The notes under the pieces are model-generated. The model was given only the letters and a program-made list of their open reading frames with translations, searched no databases and was not told the origin of the DNA. Both the position numbers and the translations under genes were made by a program. From a plasmid, in NCBI RefSeq assembly GCF_055900595.2, contig NZ_JBVWEU010000002.1: a stretch of 64,000 bases of DNA. One strand, written 5' to 3'. Shown here piece by piece: positions 19,483-29,614 of this stretch (position 1 is the stretch's first letter; every line of letters begins with the position of its first letter).

Positions 19483-21291
19483 TTACTGTCCTGCCTGTTT
19501 CAGCTGGTCAGCAATCTGCTCTTTCACTTTCTGCGTCAGAACACCACTGTCCGGGATTTTCTGGTTATTCATCAGGTCTTCGTAGAAGTTAGTGAAATCC
19601 AGTCTGTCGAACTGAATTTTCTGCAGCTCATCAACCGTAATCCCCCGACAGTCAGGATGCTTCGCACTGCCAAAACTGATACGCAGCTGTCCGTTGCGCC
19701 CCTGCTGCTGGACTATCTGCGCCAGCTTCGAATCAAACTGACAGTAACTGCGTTTTTTCTCCAGGCAGACACCCAGCACTTTCTTCGAACAGAACTCTCC
19801 GACACTGACGGTCAGTTTGTTTGATTTTGCTTTAGCCAGGGCTTTTTCATCACTGCTGCATTTGGCCAGCCCGATGTCCTGTCCCCAGCCGCTGTCCTTA
19901 CAGCAGTTGCTGTATCCGGCTGCAGCCTTCTTACAAAATTTCGCCTGACCGGTGAAAGCACGGACATCCACCCCGTTCAGCGCCGCAACATCCTTACCTG
20001 CTGCGGCCAGTGCCGCCAGCTGAGAAACGGCTTCGGCAAAATCATTACTCTTCCCGCTCTGAGCCTTATCGCATTCGCCATCGAGACAGAAGACGTCTCC
20101 CCCACAGACCATCACTTTCCCGGATGTTTTTGACTCACAGGAGTACGTGGCATATTCATGCAGACAGGCACCTTCTTCGGAGTAAAAGGCACACTGGTGT
20201 GACACCAGGGTACAGGCTGGATTGTCGGTGTAGGTCTGACAGGTTCCCTTGTCTGCTGACTGTGTGACATACGTGTCCCGGTATGCCCAGCAGCTCTGGT
20301 ACATGCTGTATGACTGACCGTCTTTCACCAGCGTCCTGTTCCCGCCAGCCTCCGTACATTCTGTTTTTGTCAGTTTCCCCAGCTCCTTGCTGAACGGGCA
20401 GCTTTCAGACCAGACAACATACGGGGTGTACGAGGCTTTTTTTACCCTGACAACCAGACGCAGCTTCATTGCCGTATGACGTTTGAATTTTGTATTCCCG
20501 ACCCGGACGGGGTGAGATGACGTAAAAGCAACACCGGCAGTCAGTGTTTTCTGTACTGGTGTAAATGAGGCATCTGCTGAGTATTTGGCATTCCAGCTCA
20601 GTGGGGTTCCCAGTACTGTAATTGTCATAGGTACACTCTTCTGCAGGTAAGTACGACTCCAGCTGTAATGCGCATCGACAATTTCACCGGTAACGGGAGA
20701 GGTAATGGAGACAACATACTGACCATTCACTTCACGTGCAGGTAGCTGACTCATTTCATACTCCAGCGTCCGGGTTTCCCATGTGGTACTCCCCTGCAGC
20801 TCCATACGGGCAGTTCGTGTGCAGTACTGCTCCACCTGTAAATCCCGCTCACAGGTGTAATTCGTGTATTCACTCCGGCTAATCTCCTGCGCACTGCACT
20901 GCTGCCCGGTGTTTCCCACAATGCTGTCAGCCCGGTTCACCACATCCCTGCCGGTCTGGATAAACGGTGCATCCGGTGAAAGAATGTCTTTCGGCTTGTT
21001 CATGAATGACTCTGTGATGGTTTTTCCGGTTTCACCGGTCGCCCATTCCGTGGTGCCGTCATTTTTCAGGCCGCCATCCCCGCCGGCAGTCACGCCACCG
21101 TAGTATTTTGTCTCGTCCGGATTCGCGTTATAGCCGGGGATACTCTCCTGTGGCTTAAAGCCCTGAATACTGCTGCTTCCCTGTCCTTTGATCTGGTGAG
21201 CAAAATCAGAGCCGGCCCGGTAATCACTGTTGCTGTCAGCCTGTGCCATGCCGGCAACCAGAGCCAGTATCAGAGGTAAAATACGTTTCAT
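19483..21291 (-). CDS. traN: TraN outer-membrane mating-pair stabilisation protein (602 aa, Cys-rich)
   Basis: Size equals F TraN. Signal peptide, many conserved cysteines, synteny with trbC. Confidence 0.93.
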   Translation of the reverse strand: MKRILPLILALVAGMAQADSNSDYRAGSDFAHQIKGQGSSSIQGFKPQESIPGYNANPDETKYYGGVTAGGDGGLKNDGTTEWATGETGKTITESFMNKPKDILSPDAPFIQTGRDVVNRADSIVGNTGQQCSAQEISRSEYTNYTCERDLQVEQYCTRTARMELQGSTTWETRTLEYEMSQLPAREVNGQYVVSITSPVTGEIVDAHYSWSRTYLQKSVPMTITVLGTPLSWNAKYSADASFTPVQKTLTAGVAFTSSHPVRVGNTKFKRHTAMKLRLVVRVKKASYTPYVVWSESCPFSKELGKLTKTECTEAGGNRTLVKDGQSYSMYQSCWAYRDTYVTQSADKGTCQTYTDNPACTLVSHQCAFYSEEGACLHEYATYSCESKTSGKVMVCGGDVFCLDGECDKAQSGKSNDFAEAVSQLAALAAAGKDVAALNGVDVRAFTGQAKFCKKAAAGYSNCCKDSGWGQDIGLAKCSSDEKALAKAKSNKLTVSVGEFCSKKVLGVCLEKKRSYCQFDSKLAQIVQQQGRNGQLRISFGSAKHPDCRGITVDELQKIQFDRLDFTNFYEDLMNNQKIPDSGVLTQKVKEQIADQLKQAGQ

Positions 21292-21929
21292 TTCCCGGAA
21301 TCTCCTTTCCCTGCCAGTAAATCATGAGCCACCTGCCGGCAGTCACCCGTGGCGGCCACTTTCTCCAGCGCCTGGCCGACCCGCAGGTTTCCCCGGATGA
21401 TGTCGTATCCCTGACTGCAGAACACCACCAGTGCCGGTACACTGCGAATGCCGTACTGTGAAAACAGCGTCGGGTCGATCTGAACACCATCAGTCGCGCC
21501 GTCTTTCACCAGGGACAGCACGGCTTCAGCGGTGGTCTTCAGGTCATTGTTCACCATGCCCCGCAGTGTGGCGGGTATACCGTAGTGCCGGGTTTCGCCC
21601 AGCATTCGTTTCAGCCCCTCTTCGGAAATGGAAAACGACACAAAATACAGAGCACCCTGCCGGGGTTTCCCGTCCTGCGAAGCCTGCTGTTTACGAACCA
21701 GCTCATCCAGGAAATGGTTATCTGAACGCTGAAGGGGGTTTTCCAGCACCTGCTTCTCCGCCCAGGCTTTCAGCTGATGGTCAGGTTTTTCACGCAGTTG
21801 TCTGCTTAAATTTTCCTGCTGCTTCAGGAACTGGCGGTTTTCAGGAGTGTTCACGTTTTCTGACGCCATAACCGCCCCGTTCAGCATCATCAGCAGTGCT
21901 GCCAGAAATTTCATACTCAGCTTCATCAT
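21288..21929 (-). CDS. trbC: TrbC periplasmic pilus assembly protein (~212 aa)
   Basis: Size, signal peptide, synteny between traU and traN. Confidence 0.88.
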   Translation of the reverse strand: MMKLSMKFLAALLMMLNGAVMASENVNTPENRQFLKQQENLSRQLREKPDHQLKAWAEKQVLENPLQRSDNHFLDELVRKQQASQDGKPRQGALYFVSFSISEEGLKRMLGETRHYGIPATLRGMVNNDLKTTAEAVLSLVKDGATDGVQIDPTLFSQYGIRSVPALVVFCSQGYDIIRGNLRVGQALEKVAATGDCRQVAHDLLAGKGDSGK

Positions 21930-21934
21930 TCACC

Positions 21935-22927
21935 TCACAGGAAGACACAGTTACGTTTACGCCACATCAGGTAGCCGAAGTTTTTCTTTGTGTTGGGCGG
22001 ATTTTTCCCGGTTTCCCAGCGGGTCACGCTGCGCCCGAACGGGTGGCACTGTCCGCTGTCCGGATACATATTCACCATCTGGTAACGCCAGCGTTCTTTG
22101 GGCAGGATTGGGGACGGATATTCATTACAGACGGCGTTATTTTTCCCGATGGTTTCCATAATCATGCCCTGACGGTGCAGCTTGAACGCCATGCGTTCAC
22201 TGACCAGCAGGGAGGACTGCAACGGACTGGACTCATTACTCACCCAGCCATTGAACGGGTACATACTTCCCTGCGAACCGGCACACCAGAACAGAACATC
22301 GAGAGGCATATTAAAGGCGCTGGCAATCGCATCTGCTGCGCAGGCTCCCTGTGCTATCGGATTGGCAAAGATGACAGCTTCCGGATTGAGAATGGTGGTC
22401 AGGCTGCTGTCCGTCCAGGTGGGGTCGATTTCAGAAAGATAAGCGATATCCAGGTCACCACCTTCCAGACAGCCCAGCGATGTGATGATGTTAAGCCAGT
22501 ACGTCAGCGGGTATTTGTACCAGTGAACGTGATAGAACGCCCCGTTCACCTGCTTCTCATCCTTTTTCGCCGTTCCCTGTGCCGTTTTACCAAAAGCCGG
22601 CAGGCTGAAGCCCAGGTTAACCATGCATCCCGGTGATCGGGTGACGTCCGTCAGCGCCATCGGCTCCCAGTAACCAATGGCCAGCCCGATACGCCTGAAC
22701 AGCGGCGGCGGTGCCGGACAAATCTGAATGGGCATCGACGGGTTCGCCGTGTCGGGGACCTTACCCTGACTGACTTTGATACTGCCCAGCGAGAGCGGGA
22801 AAATACAGCTCCAGCAGATATCCGTGATCGGGTTTACAAAACGCCCCTCACAGGCAGAATCCGCAGACGCTGCAGGGACATGACCGGCGAGAAGGAATAA
22901 CATCAGCAGCCACAGGCTTCGCTTCAT
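21935..22927 (-). CDS. traU: TraU pilus assembly protein (330 aa)
   Basis: Size identical to F TraU. Signal peptide. Synteny. Confidence 0.93.
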   Translation of the reverse strand: MKRSLWLLMLFLLAGHVPAASADSACEGRFVNPITDICWSCIFPLSLGSIKVSQGKVPDTANPSMPIQICPAPPPLFRRIGLAIGYWEPMALTDVTRSPGCMVNLGFSLPAFGKTAQGTAKKDEKQVNGAFYHVHWYKYPLTYWLNIITSLGCLEGGDLDIAYLSEIDPTWTDSSLTTILNPEAVIFANPIAQGACAADAIASAFNMPLDVLFWCAGSQGSMYPFNGWVSNESSPLQSSLLVSERMAFKLHRQGMIMETIGKNNAVCNEYPSPILPKERWRYQMVNMYPDSGQCHPFGRSVTRWETGKNPPNTKKNFGYLMWRKRNCVFL

Positions 22928-23559
22928 TTTCTGCCCTCCTCTGCCGGAATAAATTCCACCTTCAGGAAGCGATCGCCGGGAACGGCGCTCACCCGTGCCG
23001 GGACCTGATCAATGCCGAGGCGCTGGCAGAGCACACCGTTCTGGTCAAAGTAAACACGGCTGTCCAGAGACTTCTGCATCTCCGGGATACTGCCCTGCAC
23101 GAGGATAATTTTGCTCTCCAGTGTGGGCGGCGTCTGGCGTTTCATCCAGGCCACCTGCGCCGGATCATCGCCATTGATGAAATACAGCGTCTGGTTAAAA
23201 GGAACATACTGCAGCGGATTCATCACTTCACCCTGACGGGCAAACACCCGCCCTTCGTTATCCCGGATATCCGCAGCCAGTCTGACGGACGGGTCAAACA
23301 ACCGGCTGCCGTATTTCTCCGTGCGTCCGATACCGGGCACGGCAGGGGGCCGCAGACTGTTGCGGATCACCCGCTCCTTAAAGGCATCCATTTTCCGGCC
23401 CATCTCACCGGACTGCTCCAGTGCCGTCAGGCGCTGCATGATCACCGTCAGCATGTCCGGCTCCTTTACCGGCCACAGATCGCCCCAGGTACCAAGATCG
23501 GCGGCGGCCACACTCTGCCCCCATATCAGCAGGGCAATCAGCCCCCGGCATCTCATGGC
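22924..23559 (-). CDS. traW: TraW pilus assembly protein (~211 aa from MRCRGLIALLIWG signal peptide)
   Basis: ORF 22924..23670 trimmed to the internal Met that gives the F TraW length and a signal peptide. Confidence 0.88.
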   Translation of the reverse strand, partial: AMRCRGLIALLIWGQSVAAADLGTWGDLWPVKEPDMLTVIMQRLTALEQSGEMGRKMDAFKERVIRNSLRPPAVPGIGRTEKYGSRLFDPSVRLAADIRDNEGRVFARQGEVMNPLQYVPFNQTLYFINGDDPAQVAWMKRQTPPTLESKIILVQGSIPEMQKSLDSRVYFDQNGVLCQRLGIDQVPARVSAVPGDRFLKVEFIPAEEGRK

Positions 23560-23939
23560 TCCGCCCTCATTCGCCGGGCGATATCCTGCTGGATTTCCCG
23601 GGTGATATCCGGAGCCCCCTGTACCACGGCAGGCGACACCAGAATGACCGCGTGGTGTTTCTGCTGCCATGCCTGCAGGCTGGCTTCCAGTGCCGTGTTA
23701 AAACGCGCTGAAAGGGCTTTTGACTGTACTTCTGACAGTTGTTTCTGACTGGCGCTGTCAAAAAACGCATCCACGGTCTGTTTCATGTTGAAGGCGGCAG
23801 TCACCGGTGCGTTCAGTCTGACAATGCCGTAACTGATGGCTGCGTTCAGTAACACCATTGCCAGGCATCCCGGCACCGTCCACCACCAGTGGCTGCGTCG
23901 ACGGGCTGTAACGTCAGTCGTTTTTTGCGTTGTGGTCAT
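23553..23939 (-). CDS. trbI: TrbI inner-membrane protein (128 aa)
   Basis: Size equals F TrbI. Position between traC and traW. Confidence 0.85.
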   Translation of the reverse strand: MTTTQKTTDVTARRRSHWWWTVPGCLAMVLLNAAISYGIVRLNAPVTAAFNMKQTVDAFFDSASQKQLSEVQSKALSARFNTALEASLQAWQQKHHAVILVSPAVVQGAPDITREIQQDIARRMRAEP

Positions 23940-26566
23940 GCAACACTCCTGTATTTCTCATGTTCTTCCAGCCAGGCTTCCAGCGAAGCCATCTCCGGCC
24001 CTGACTTCTTCCACGCCAGCTGCCACACCGCCTCATGAATACTCAGCCCCTCTTTACGTTTCTGCTGCACAAACTCAAAATCCGGGCCGTCAGAGCTGTA
24101 CATGGCGCGGCTTAACGGGTCCACAAACAGGCGGTGCCAGGAGGAATGGTTTTCCACCTGCAGCAGGAAGGAACTGAACCACTGATCTTTGGCCGCACCG
24201 AACTTACCAATCATGTCACGCTGCAGTGGCAGGAACTGGTCCGGATACAGCTGGTTGTATTTCGCGAACTCCTTCGCACTCTGTTTGAGGATAATTTTGT
24301 AGGAGGAGTTACCCCATGCTGCACGGGCCGCACTGGAGGCCTTGTCAGAGTCAAAGTCGACGATGTTCTGTGTGATGGTGATATAGGCACCGGTATGACG
24401 GCGGGCGGTACGGTAGCCTTTCTCAATAAATTCACCGACCTTGTGATTTTTGAAGTCCAGCAGACGCCAGCCTTCATCAATGACGTTCAGTTTCTTGAGG
24501 TTACGCGGCGTGCGGTACATCCGGTTCTCAATGTAAATGATAAGGCTGAACATCACCGCAACCAGCAGGGATGGACGGTCTTCCAGTCCGCCCAGCTCCA
24601 GCACCACCATTTTCGCATCATCCCGCAGGGACGGCTCATCGGAGTTGAAATACTGGCCATAAGTGCCGTTAGCAGTGTACTGGTCAAGCAGCACAATCAT
24701 TTCGTCCAGACGGCTGCGGATGGTCGGTGATTCGGCATACTGCTCGCTGTCACTGGCGTTTTTCAGGAAATCCACCACGTCATCAATACGTGCCCTGTTC
24801 TCTTTGGCCAGCCATGATGCCCTGACTGCCTGCAGCAGCAGACCTTCATGCACTTCATCCAGGTTACCGTTGGGGCTGGCCATCACCGACAGCTGGTCGC
24901 GGACACGCTCCGCTGACTGGTCAATATCGGTGATGTTCGCAAACGGGTTAAAGCGCAGGGTTTCACCGTCCAGATATACGCCCCCCATGTTCTCACACAG
25001 GGACTTGTAGCCATCCCCCATGTCGAACACCACGGCAAAGCCCCCGGAGTCCAGCACGCTGCGGATAAGTGGCTGTATCAGCCCGGTTTTACCGGCCCCG
25101 GAGGTGCCACAGACCGCCATGTTATAGTTGGTGTTATTCATCCCCCGGAAGAAAATATCGATAAACGCCAGCTGGTTACGGTAGGTGGGTGCCAGCAGAC
25201 CTGCCGGTGTCAGGGGGTTATCCGCCACTAACGGCATCAGGTTGGCCACATTAAAGCTCTCTGCGCGCTGTACCACTCCGGCCTCTTTCAGCTGTTTAAA
25301 CAACCCTTTCCCGGCCATAAAGGGCAGACAGGTCAGGAAATTGCGCATGTGGTTAAAGCGCGGTGAAATCAGCTCAAAACCGTTTTTACGGAAGCTGTTC
25401 AGGATGTCCTGCTCCACTTCCAGTGCCGTTTCATTATTGTCCTTGCAGAAGGCTGTGATGTTGAGGAAGTAGGACACGACAGAGGACTGACCGGAGCCCA
25501 GCCGCTGACGCAGTTCCCCCCACTCCTTCGCCTCTTTCTCCACGGACGGAAACCATTTGGCATAGGAGGTCTTCGACTTTTTCTCCAGGTCCATGTACTT
25601 CAGGTTGGCTTCGCTGTGGGTTTTCACCTGGTCTTCCACCACCAGAGTCAGCGTCAGGATGAACGGACAGGAGATGGACAGTTCCGGGTTCAGCAGGTTG
25701 CTGTAGTTGTCGGCCATGTTCCACAGGAAGGCGATTTCCGGGTTACGGGCCAGATGGAAATTCAGGATGCGGGCCGTGCTGTTCCTGCCGTTCTCACGCA
25801 GGCCCAGCGTCAGGTAATCAGCCCGGACTTTCAGGTCAAAACTGTCCTCCACACACTGATAATTCAGATCAGAATACGGGTCCAGCTGACGTCTTTTCGG
25901 GTACAGGGAGTCCGGGTTATGGTTAATCATCTCCCCGACAATATCGATAAAGGCCTGTGCATCCACCGTCTGTGTGGTGATACTGGCCCCCTGTAACGAC
26001 GCCCGGATGATTTTCACCAGGTTTTCCATTTCCAGAATGTCGGCCCGGCTTTTTTTCTTCGAAGGAGAACAGTACGAGATAAACACCCGGTAATGGCGCA
26101 GGGTCAGGGGCAGATTCATCCCCTCCGGCAGCGGAAACTGTGTCGCTGCCGCTTTCATATAATAGGCCCGGGTAATGGCGTTAAACCGTTCAGCCTGTTC
26201 ACCTGACCAGGAGAACTCACGCAGCCCGTATTCAATCCTGTCACCAACCAGCTGACTGGACATCAGATGGATACACAACGGAATACCGCGCGGCAGTTTG
26301 GTGCGCAGCATGTGATCGAGGGCCTCCACAATGGACTCATTCGCCCCATTGATGGGAATGGCTTCCAGCATAAAGCCCATCGTGGTGTCATTCATGAACA
26401 GACCGGATTCCTGGTTGTAATCACGATACGGCAGCAGACGGCTGAACTGCGGGAAGCTCATTTCGCCCAGCACTTCATTGGCCTTTGCTGATTCGTCAGG
26501 CAGTTTCAGTGCTGTGACGAGGGAGTTAACCGCCTGAGTGACGGCCTCAAGTGGGTTATTACTCAT
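23936..26566 (-). CDS. traC: TraC (VirB4-like) pilus assembly ATPase (876 aa)
   Basis: Size (F TraC is ~875 aa). Walker A GTSGAGKTG. Synteny. Confidence 0.95.
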   Translation of the reverse strand: MSNNPLEAVTQAVNSLVTALKLPDESAKANEVLGEMSFPQFSRLLPYRDYNQESGLFMNDTTMGFMLEAIPINGANESIVEALDHMLRTKLPRGIPLCIHLMSSQLVGDRIEYGLREFSWSGEQAERFNAITRAYYMKAAATQFPLPEGMNLPLTLRHYRVFISYCSPSKKKSRADILEMENLVKIIRASLQGASITTQTVDAQAFIDIVGEMINHNPDSLYPKRRQLDPYSDLNYQCVEDSFDLKVRADYLTLGLRENGRNSTARILNFHLARNPEIAFLWNMADNYSNLLNPELSISCPFILTLTLVVEDQVKTHSEANLKYMDLEKKSKTSYAKWFPSVEKEAKEWGELRQRLGSGQSSVVSYFLNITAFCKDNNETALEVEQDILNSFRKNGFELISPRFNHMRNFLTCLPFMAGKGLFKQLKEAGVVQRAESFNVANLMPLVADNPLTPAGLLAPTYRNQLAFIDIFFRGMNNTNYNMAVCGTSGAGKTGLIQPLIRSVLDSGGFAVVFDMGDGYKSLCENMGGVYLDGETLRFNPFANITDIDQSAERVRDQLSVMASPNGNLDEVHEGLLLQAVRASWLAKENRARIDDVVDFLKNASDSEQYAESPTIRSRLDEMIVLLDQYTANGTYGQYFNSDEPSLRDDAKMVVLELGGLEDRPSLLVAVMFSLIIYIENRMYRTPRNLKKLNVIDEGWRLLDFKNHKVGEFIEKGYRTARRHTGAYITITQNIVDFDSDKASSAARAAWGNSSYKIILKQSAKEFAKYNQLYPDQFLPLQRDMIGKFGAAKDQWFSSFLLQVENHSSWHRLFVDPLSRAMYSSDGPDFEFVQQKRKEGLSIHEAVWQLAWKKSGPEMASLEAWLEEHEKYRSVA

Positions 26567-26691
26567 ATGAGTATTCCTTAGTGCGTTTAAAAAAGGAAAA
26601 TATCAGTCTGTGGCCGTGGATATATCACGCAGTGCCATTCCTGAAACCACAGCACAAATAAGAGATGGAGGCTTTTAACAGGAAACCAGGA

Positions 26692-27081
26692 TTAACGTTC
26701 CTTTACTGAATGAGCATCATTTAATGCCTGAATTTGTTTTTCGCGAATCTTATTGCGCTCATTTTCTCTTACCCGTTTCACCTCTGCCATTTCGTTTCTT
26801 TCTCTACACGCTGATGCAAGCTCTTTTGCCTTACCAAGACTTAAAGGTTCAGGCTGATAATCAGATGTGTCAGACTTAATAGCTTCCTTAAATGCTTCTG
26901 CTGCACAGGGGATATCCTGTGTAATCTCTGTCAGTTGTTCTGGTGTTGCAGGTTGTTGCTCAAGGTAGTCATTGTAAAAAAGACCACATATCAACATAGC
27001 CATAACGCCAACAAATATAAAAGCCAGAACAGATTTTAAATATATCGACTTCATTTCATTTTCCTTCGAAGCAGTAAGCAC
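26692..27081 (-). CDS. Hypothetical protein, N-terminal signal-anchor (129 aa), in the traR-traC interval
   Basis: ORF track. Hydrophobic N-terminus, charged C-terminus. No family recognised. Confidence 0.5.
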   Translation of the reverse strand: MLTASKENEMKSIYLKSVLAFIFVGVMAMLICGLFYNDYLEQQPATPEQLTEITQDIPCAAEAFKEAIKSDTSDYQPEPLSLGKAKELASACRERNEMAEVKRVRENERNKIREKQIQALNDAHSVKER

Positions 27082-27300
27082 TCATTGCCCACCACCATTC
27101 AGTGTTTCCATCACGTTGTTCAAAGGTTCATTTGTTTTAACTTCAATACATTCCCCTGTATTTCCAAAGCCCCTGCCTCCGTGTGCTTCGATTGTCCGAA
27201 GAACCTGCACGCATACGTCCGTATTTGGCATGGGAGTAACATTCCAGCTTCCGCCACCGTTAATATTTTTTATCAGCACAAGAAAAATAAAGGTATGCAT
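27082..27300 (-). CDS. Hypothetical small secreted protein (72 aa), traR-traC interval
   Basis: ORF track. N-terminal hydrophobic segment. Tight spacing with neighbours. Confidence 0.35.
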   Translation of the reverse strand: MHTFIFLVLIKNINGGGSWNVTPMPNTDVCVQVLRTIEAHGGRGFGNTGECIEVKTNEPLNNVMETLNGGGQ

Positions 27301-27379
27301 TCTTTATTACCGCCTGTTAAATATTAATCACTGAATATCCCTTCAGTTAACTTATGAGGTCATAAAACACTGCAGATTC

Positions 27380-27895
27380 TCATTCGGATTTATTCTCTTC
27401 AGTAAACTTCCGGATGGTATCCTGTTCACGCTGACGGGTGGCAGACTCCTGCATTGCATCCACTTTCTCCTGCCAGAGACGCCGGATATCCTGTTCATCC
27501 CGACCAGTCAGTTTTTTACCGGACAACAAACGGTTAAGCAGTTCCTGTCTCGCATCCGGTACGTCTTCAGTCAGACGCATAAGCTGAAGCAGGCTCTGAC
27601 GGCTGAGGACCATGCGTGATTCCTCCGGTACGCTGTAATAATTAAAAATACGACTGAATACCCCACAACAGCAGGCAACGGACAGGCACAGGGATTTCAG
27701 ATACAGGCCAGAAACACAGAATGTGGCAACACCACAAAGAATAGCTATAACTAAAAAGCCCTTACCCAGCGCCATACACAAAGAACCCTGTTTTCTGGAT
27801 ATCCGCTCATGCTCATCCAGAATAAAATCTATTTTTTCATTTTCTGATTTATGCATAGTGTTTCCTCTGCCTTTCCTGATACGCCTGACATTCAA
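27380..27895 (-). CDS. Hypothetical membrane / coiled-coil protein (171 aa), traR-traC interval; overlaps the traR 3' end
   Basis: ORF track. Central Cys-rich transmembrane segment followed by a charged helical tail. Confidence 0.5.
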   Translation of the reverse strand: MNVRRIRKGRGNTMHKSENEKIDFILDEHERISRKQGSLCMALGKGFLVIAILCGVATFCVSGLYLKSLCLSVACCCGVFSRIFNYYSVPEESRMVLSRQSLLQLMRLTEDVPDARQELLNRLLSGKKLTGRDEQDIRRLWQEKVDAMQESATRQREQDTIRKFTEENKSE

Positions 27896-28070
27896 CGCAC
27901 AACGTCACACCGGGAAATATTTTCCGCCGGGCTTCCGGAATAGGATTTCCGCATGCTTCACAGAGATAAACAGGAATACCATGAGCATTTATTTTCTGGC
28001 GTATCCGGTTTATTCCTGTCATGGTCAGTTGTTCTGTCACTGAATATGCTTCATCGACTTCATCACTCAC
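27849..28070 (-). CDS. traR: TraR, DksA-like C4 zinc-finger protein (73 aa)
   Basis: Sequence matches recalled F TraR (MSDE.DEAYSVTEQ...CEACGNPIP...CVECQ). Confidence 0.9.
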   Translation of the reverse strand: MSDEVDEAYSVTEQLTMTGINRIRQKINAHGIPVYLCEACGNPIPEARRKIFPGVTLCVECQAYQERQRKHYA

Positions 28071-28204
28071 GGAATATTCCTCCCGACATGTTCTGACACG
28101 CTACCGCCCATCCCTTTTCACGCACAGGGCACTCGTTTTACAGGCAGATTTTGAATACAGAAAGCCCGCCGGCATTGCCGGCTGATATACAACTTCAGGG
28201 CCAG

Positions 28205-28720
28205 TTAATTAATACGTGGTTTTCCCCACGCAGACGGTTTAATAACAAAAAACACGCTGGATGGCTGATGATAAACATCCTGATTATCAATATAAGGCGC
28301 TATCCATAATGCTGCCGTCTGCTCACCCGTTCTTAGCGGACGGGGAGGCGTTACCGGCGCAACTGAACTGACCGGGACAACCGTTTTCACTTCCCGGGCT
28401 GCAGTAAACAGCGGGCGAGGTGTCAGCAGTTTCTGCTCCGGAAGTGTCGTCACCGCAGGTCTGCTGCCGGACGGAGTGGTTGCGGTGATGGTCTGCACCG
28501 GCATTGTCCGGAAGTTCCCTTCAGCCAGGCGCGGCAGTGATGCCGCAACCGGCTTTGCTTCTGAGGACTGCTCCAGTTTTTTGGCCTTCTCATTGGCCTG
28601 CTCCATCGTCATACAGGTATCGGATGTGGTGGCGTTACACTCAAATTCCGTATTTGTTCCTGCGCAGCCGGAAAGTAATAAGGTTCCCAGCAGAGGAATA
28701 AATAAAGAAATCTGTTTCAT
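28205..28720 (-). CDS. traV: TraV outer-membrane lipoprotein (171 aa)
   Basis: Lipobox LLSGCAG. Size equals F TraV. Confidence 0.9.
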   Translation of the reverse strand: MKQISLFIPLLGTLLLSGCAGTNTEFECNATTSDTCMTMEQANEKAKKLEQSSEAKPVAASLPRLAEGNFRTMPVQTITATTPSGSRPAVTTLPEQKLLTPRPLFTAAREVKTVVPVSSVAPVTPPRPLRTGEQTAALWIAPYIDNQDVYHQPSSVFFVIKPSAWGKPRIN

Positions 28721-29085
28721 TGCCCTTCTCCTTTTTTATTACTCCCCACAACAGCAGAAATTAACTCTGCTGTCAGATTTGTTTTCCCTGCACAGGGATG
28801 TCCGGAGACCACTGTATTTCCCGGAGAAGAAAATAAGCTCATCGACATTCCCTTCTTCATCACACCGACAGCAGCCATATTAAAATTGTGCGGCAATGAT
28901 TCAGAACTGAACTCCTTCGGAGCAGGAAGAACTATTTTTGTGGTGCAGTTACTGAGAACAGCATGCATAAAATCATCTGATACGTTTTTATCCGGCACAA
29001 CGCGGGCTGTAATAACATTAATATTACGCATGTTCATTTTTATCTCCGTTGCCTCTGTTTGTTCGGTCATCAGGGAAATAAACAT
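28717..29085 (-). CDS. trbG: Small ORF in the TrbD/TrbG position
   Basis: Position between traP and traV. Only one ORF fits where F has trbD + trbG. Start uncertain (internal Met at MNMRNINV likely). Confidence 0.5.
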   Translation of the reverse strand: MFISLMTEQTEATEIKMNMRNINVITARVVPDKNVSDDFMHAVLSNCTTKIVLPAPKEFSSESLPHNFNMAAVGVMKKGMSMSLFSSPGNTVVSGHPCAGKTNLTAELISAVVGSNKKGEGQ

Positions 29086-29614
29086 GGCATTTCCTGATTT
29101 TTCCCGGCAGGGAAGCGTCTTCCGTATAAACGTCCTTCAGATATTCATCTGCGGTTACCACCCGGATACATTTCATTTTTCCGGGCAGCACCGGATATTT
29201 CCCGGTGATCGCTGCCAGCGAGACATACATCAGTGCCAGTGTTGCCCATAATGCGGTGACCAGTTGCATCAGTGACCGGTCAGTCTCCCTGACATAATCT
29301 GCAGCATCAGCCGCGCGGTAATGGCAGATATCCTGTATTTCTGATCTGCCTGAAGAATCAGAGGAAGAAAACCAGCATTCACTGACCGGGAACTGTCCGG
29401 CAGGTGCTGTTTGTCTTACGAAGTTAATCTCCTTAACCAGTAATTTCCCCGGCGTGGTGTTGTCCTTCCATAAAACAAACAGAGCCATCAGGGCCATTGT
29501 GGCCAGTGGCAGAATGACGGTGTACTTCAGACACCAGAACAGTCCTCGCAGAACCCGGGCGACAACATACCGGGCGGCATGGCACGCCTGACGGGACGAC
29601 ATATTATTTGCCAT
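29024..29614 (-). CDS. traP: TraP inner-membrane protein (196 aa)
   Basis: Size identical to F TraP. Synteny after traB. Confidence 0.85.
   Translation of the reverse strand: MANNMSSRQACHAARYVVARVLRGLFWCLKYTVILPLATMALMALFVLWKDNTTPGKLLVKEINFVRQTAPAGQFPVSECWFSSSDSSGRSEIQDICHYRAADAADYVRETDRSLMQLVTALWATLALMYVSLAAITGKYPVLPGKMKCIRVVTADEYLKDVYTEDASLPGKIRKCHVYFPDDRTNRGNGDKNEHA

Noticed and set aside
21896-26491. Plus-strand ORFs of 80-250 aa inside traU, traW and traC
   Set aside because: Antisense to well-supported tra genes, with no independent signals.
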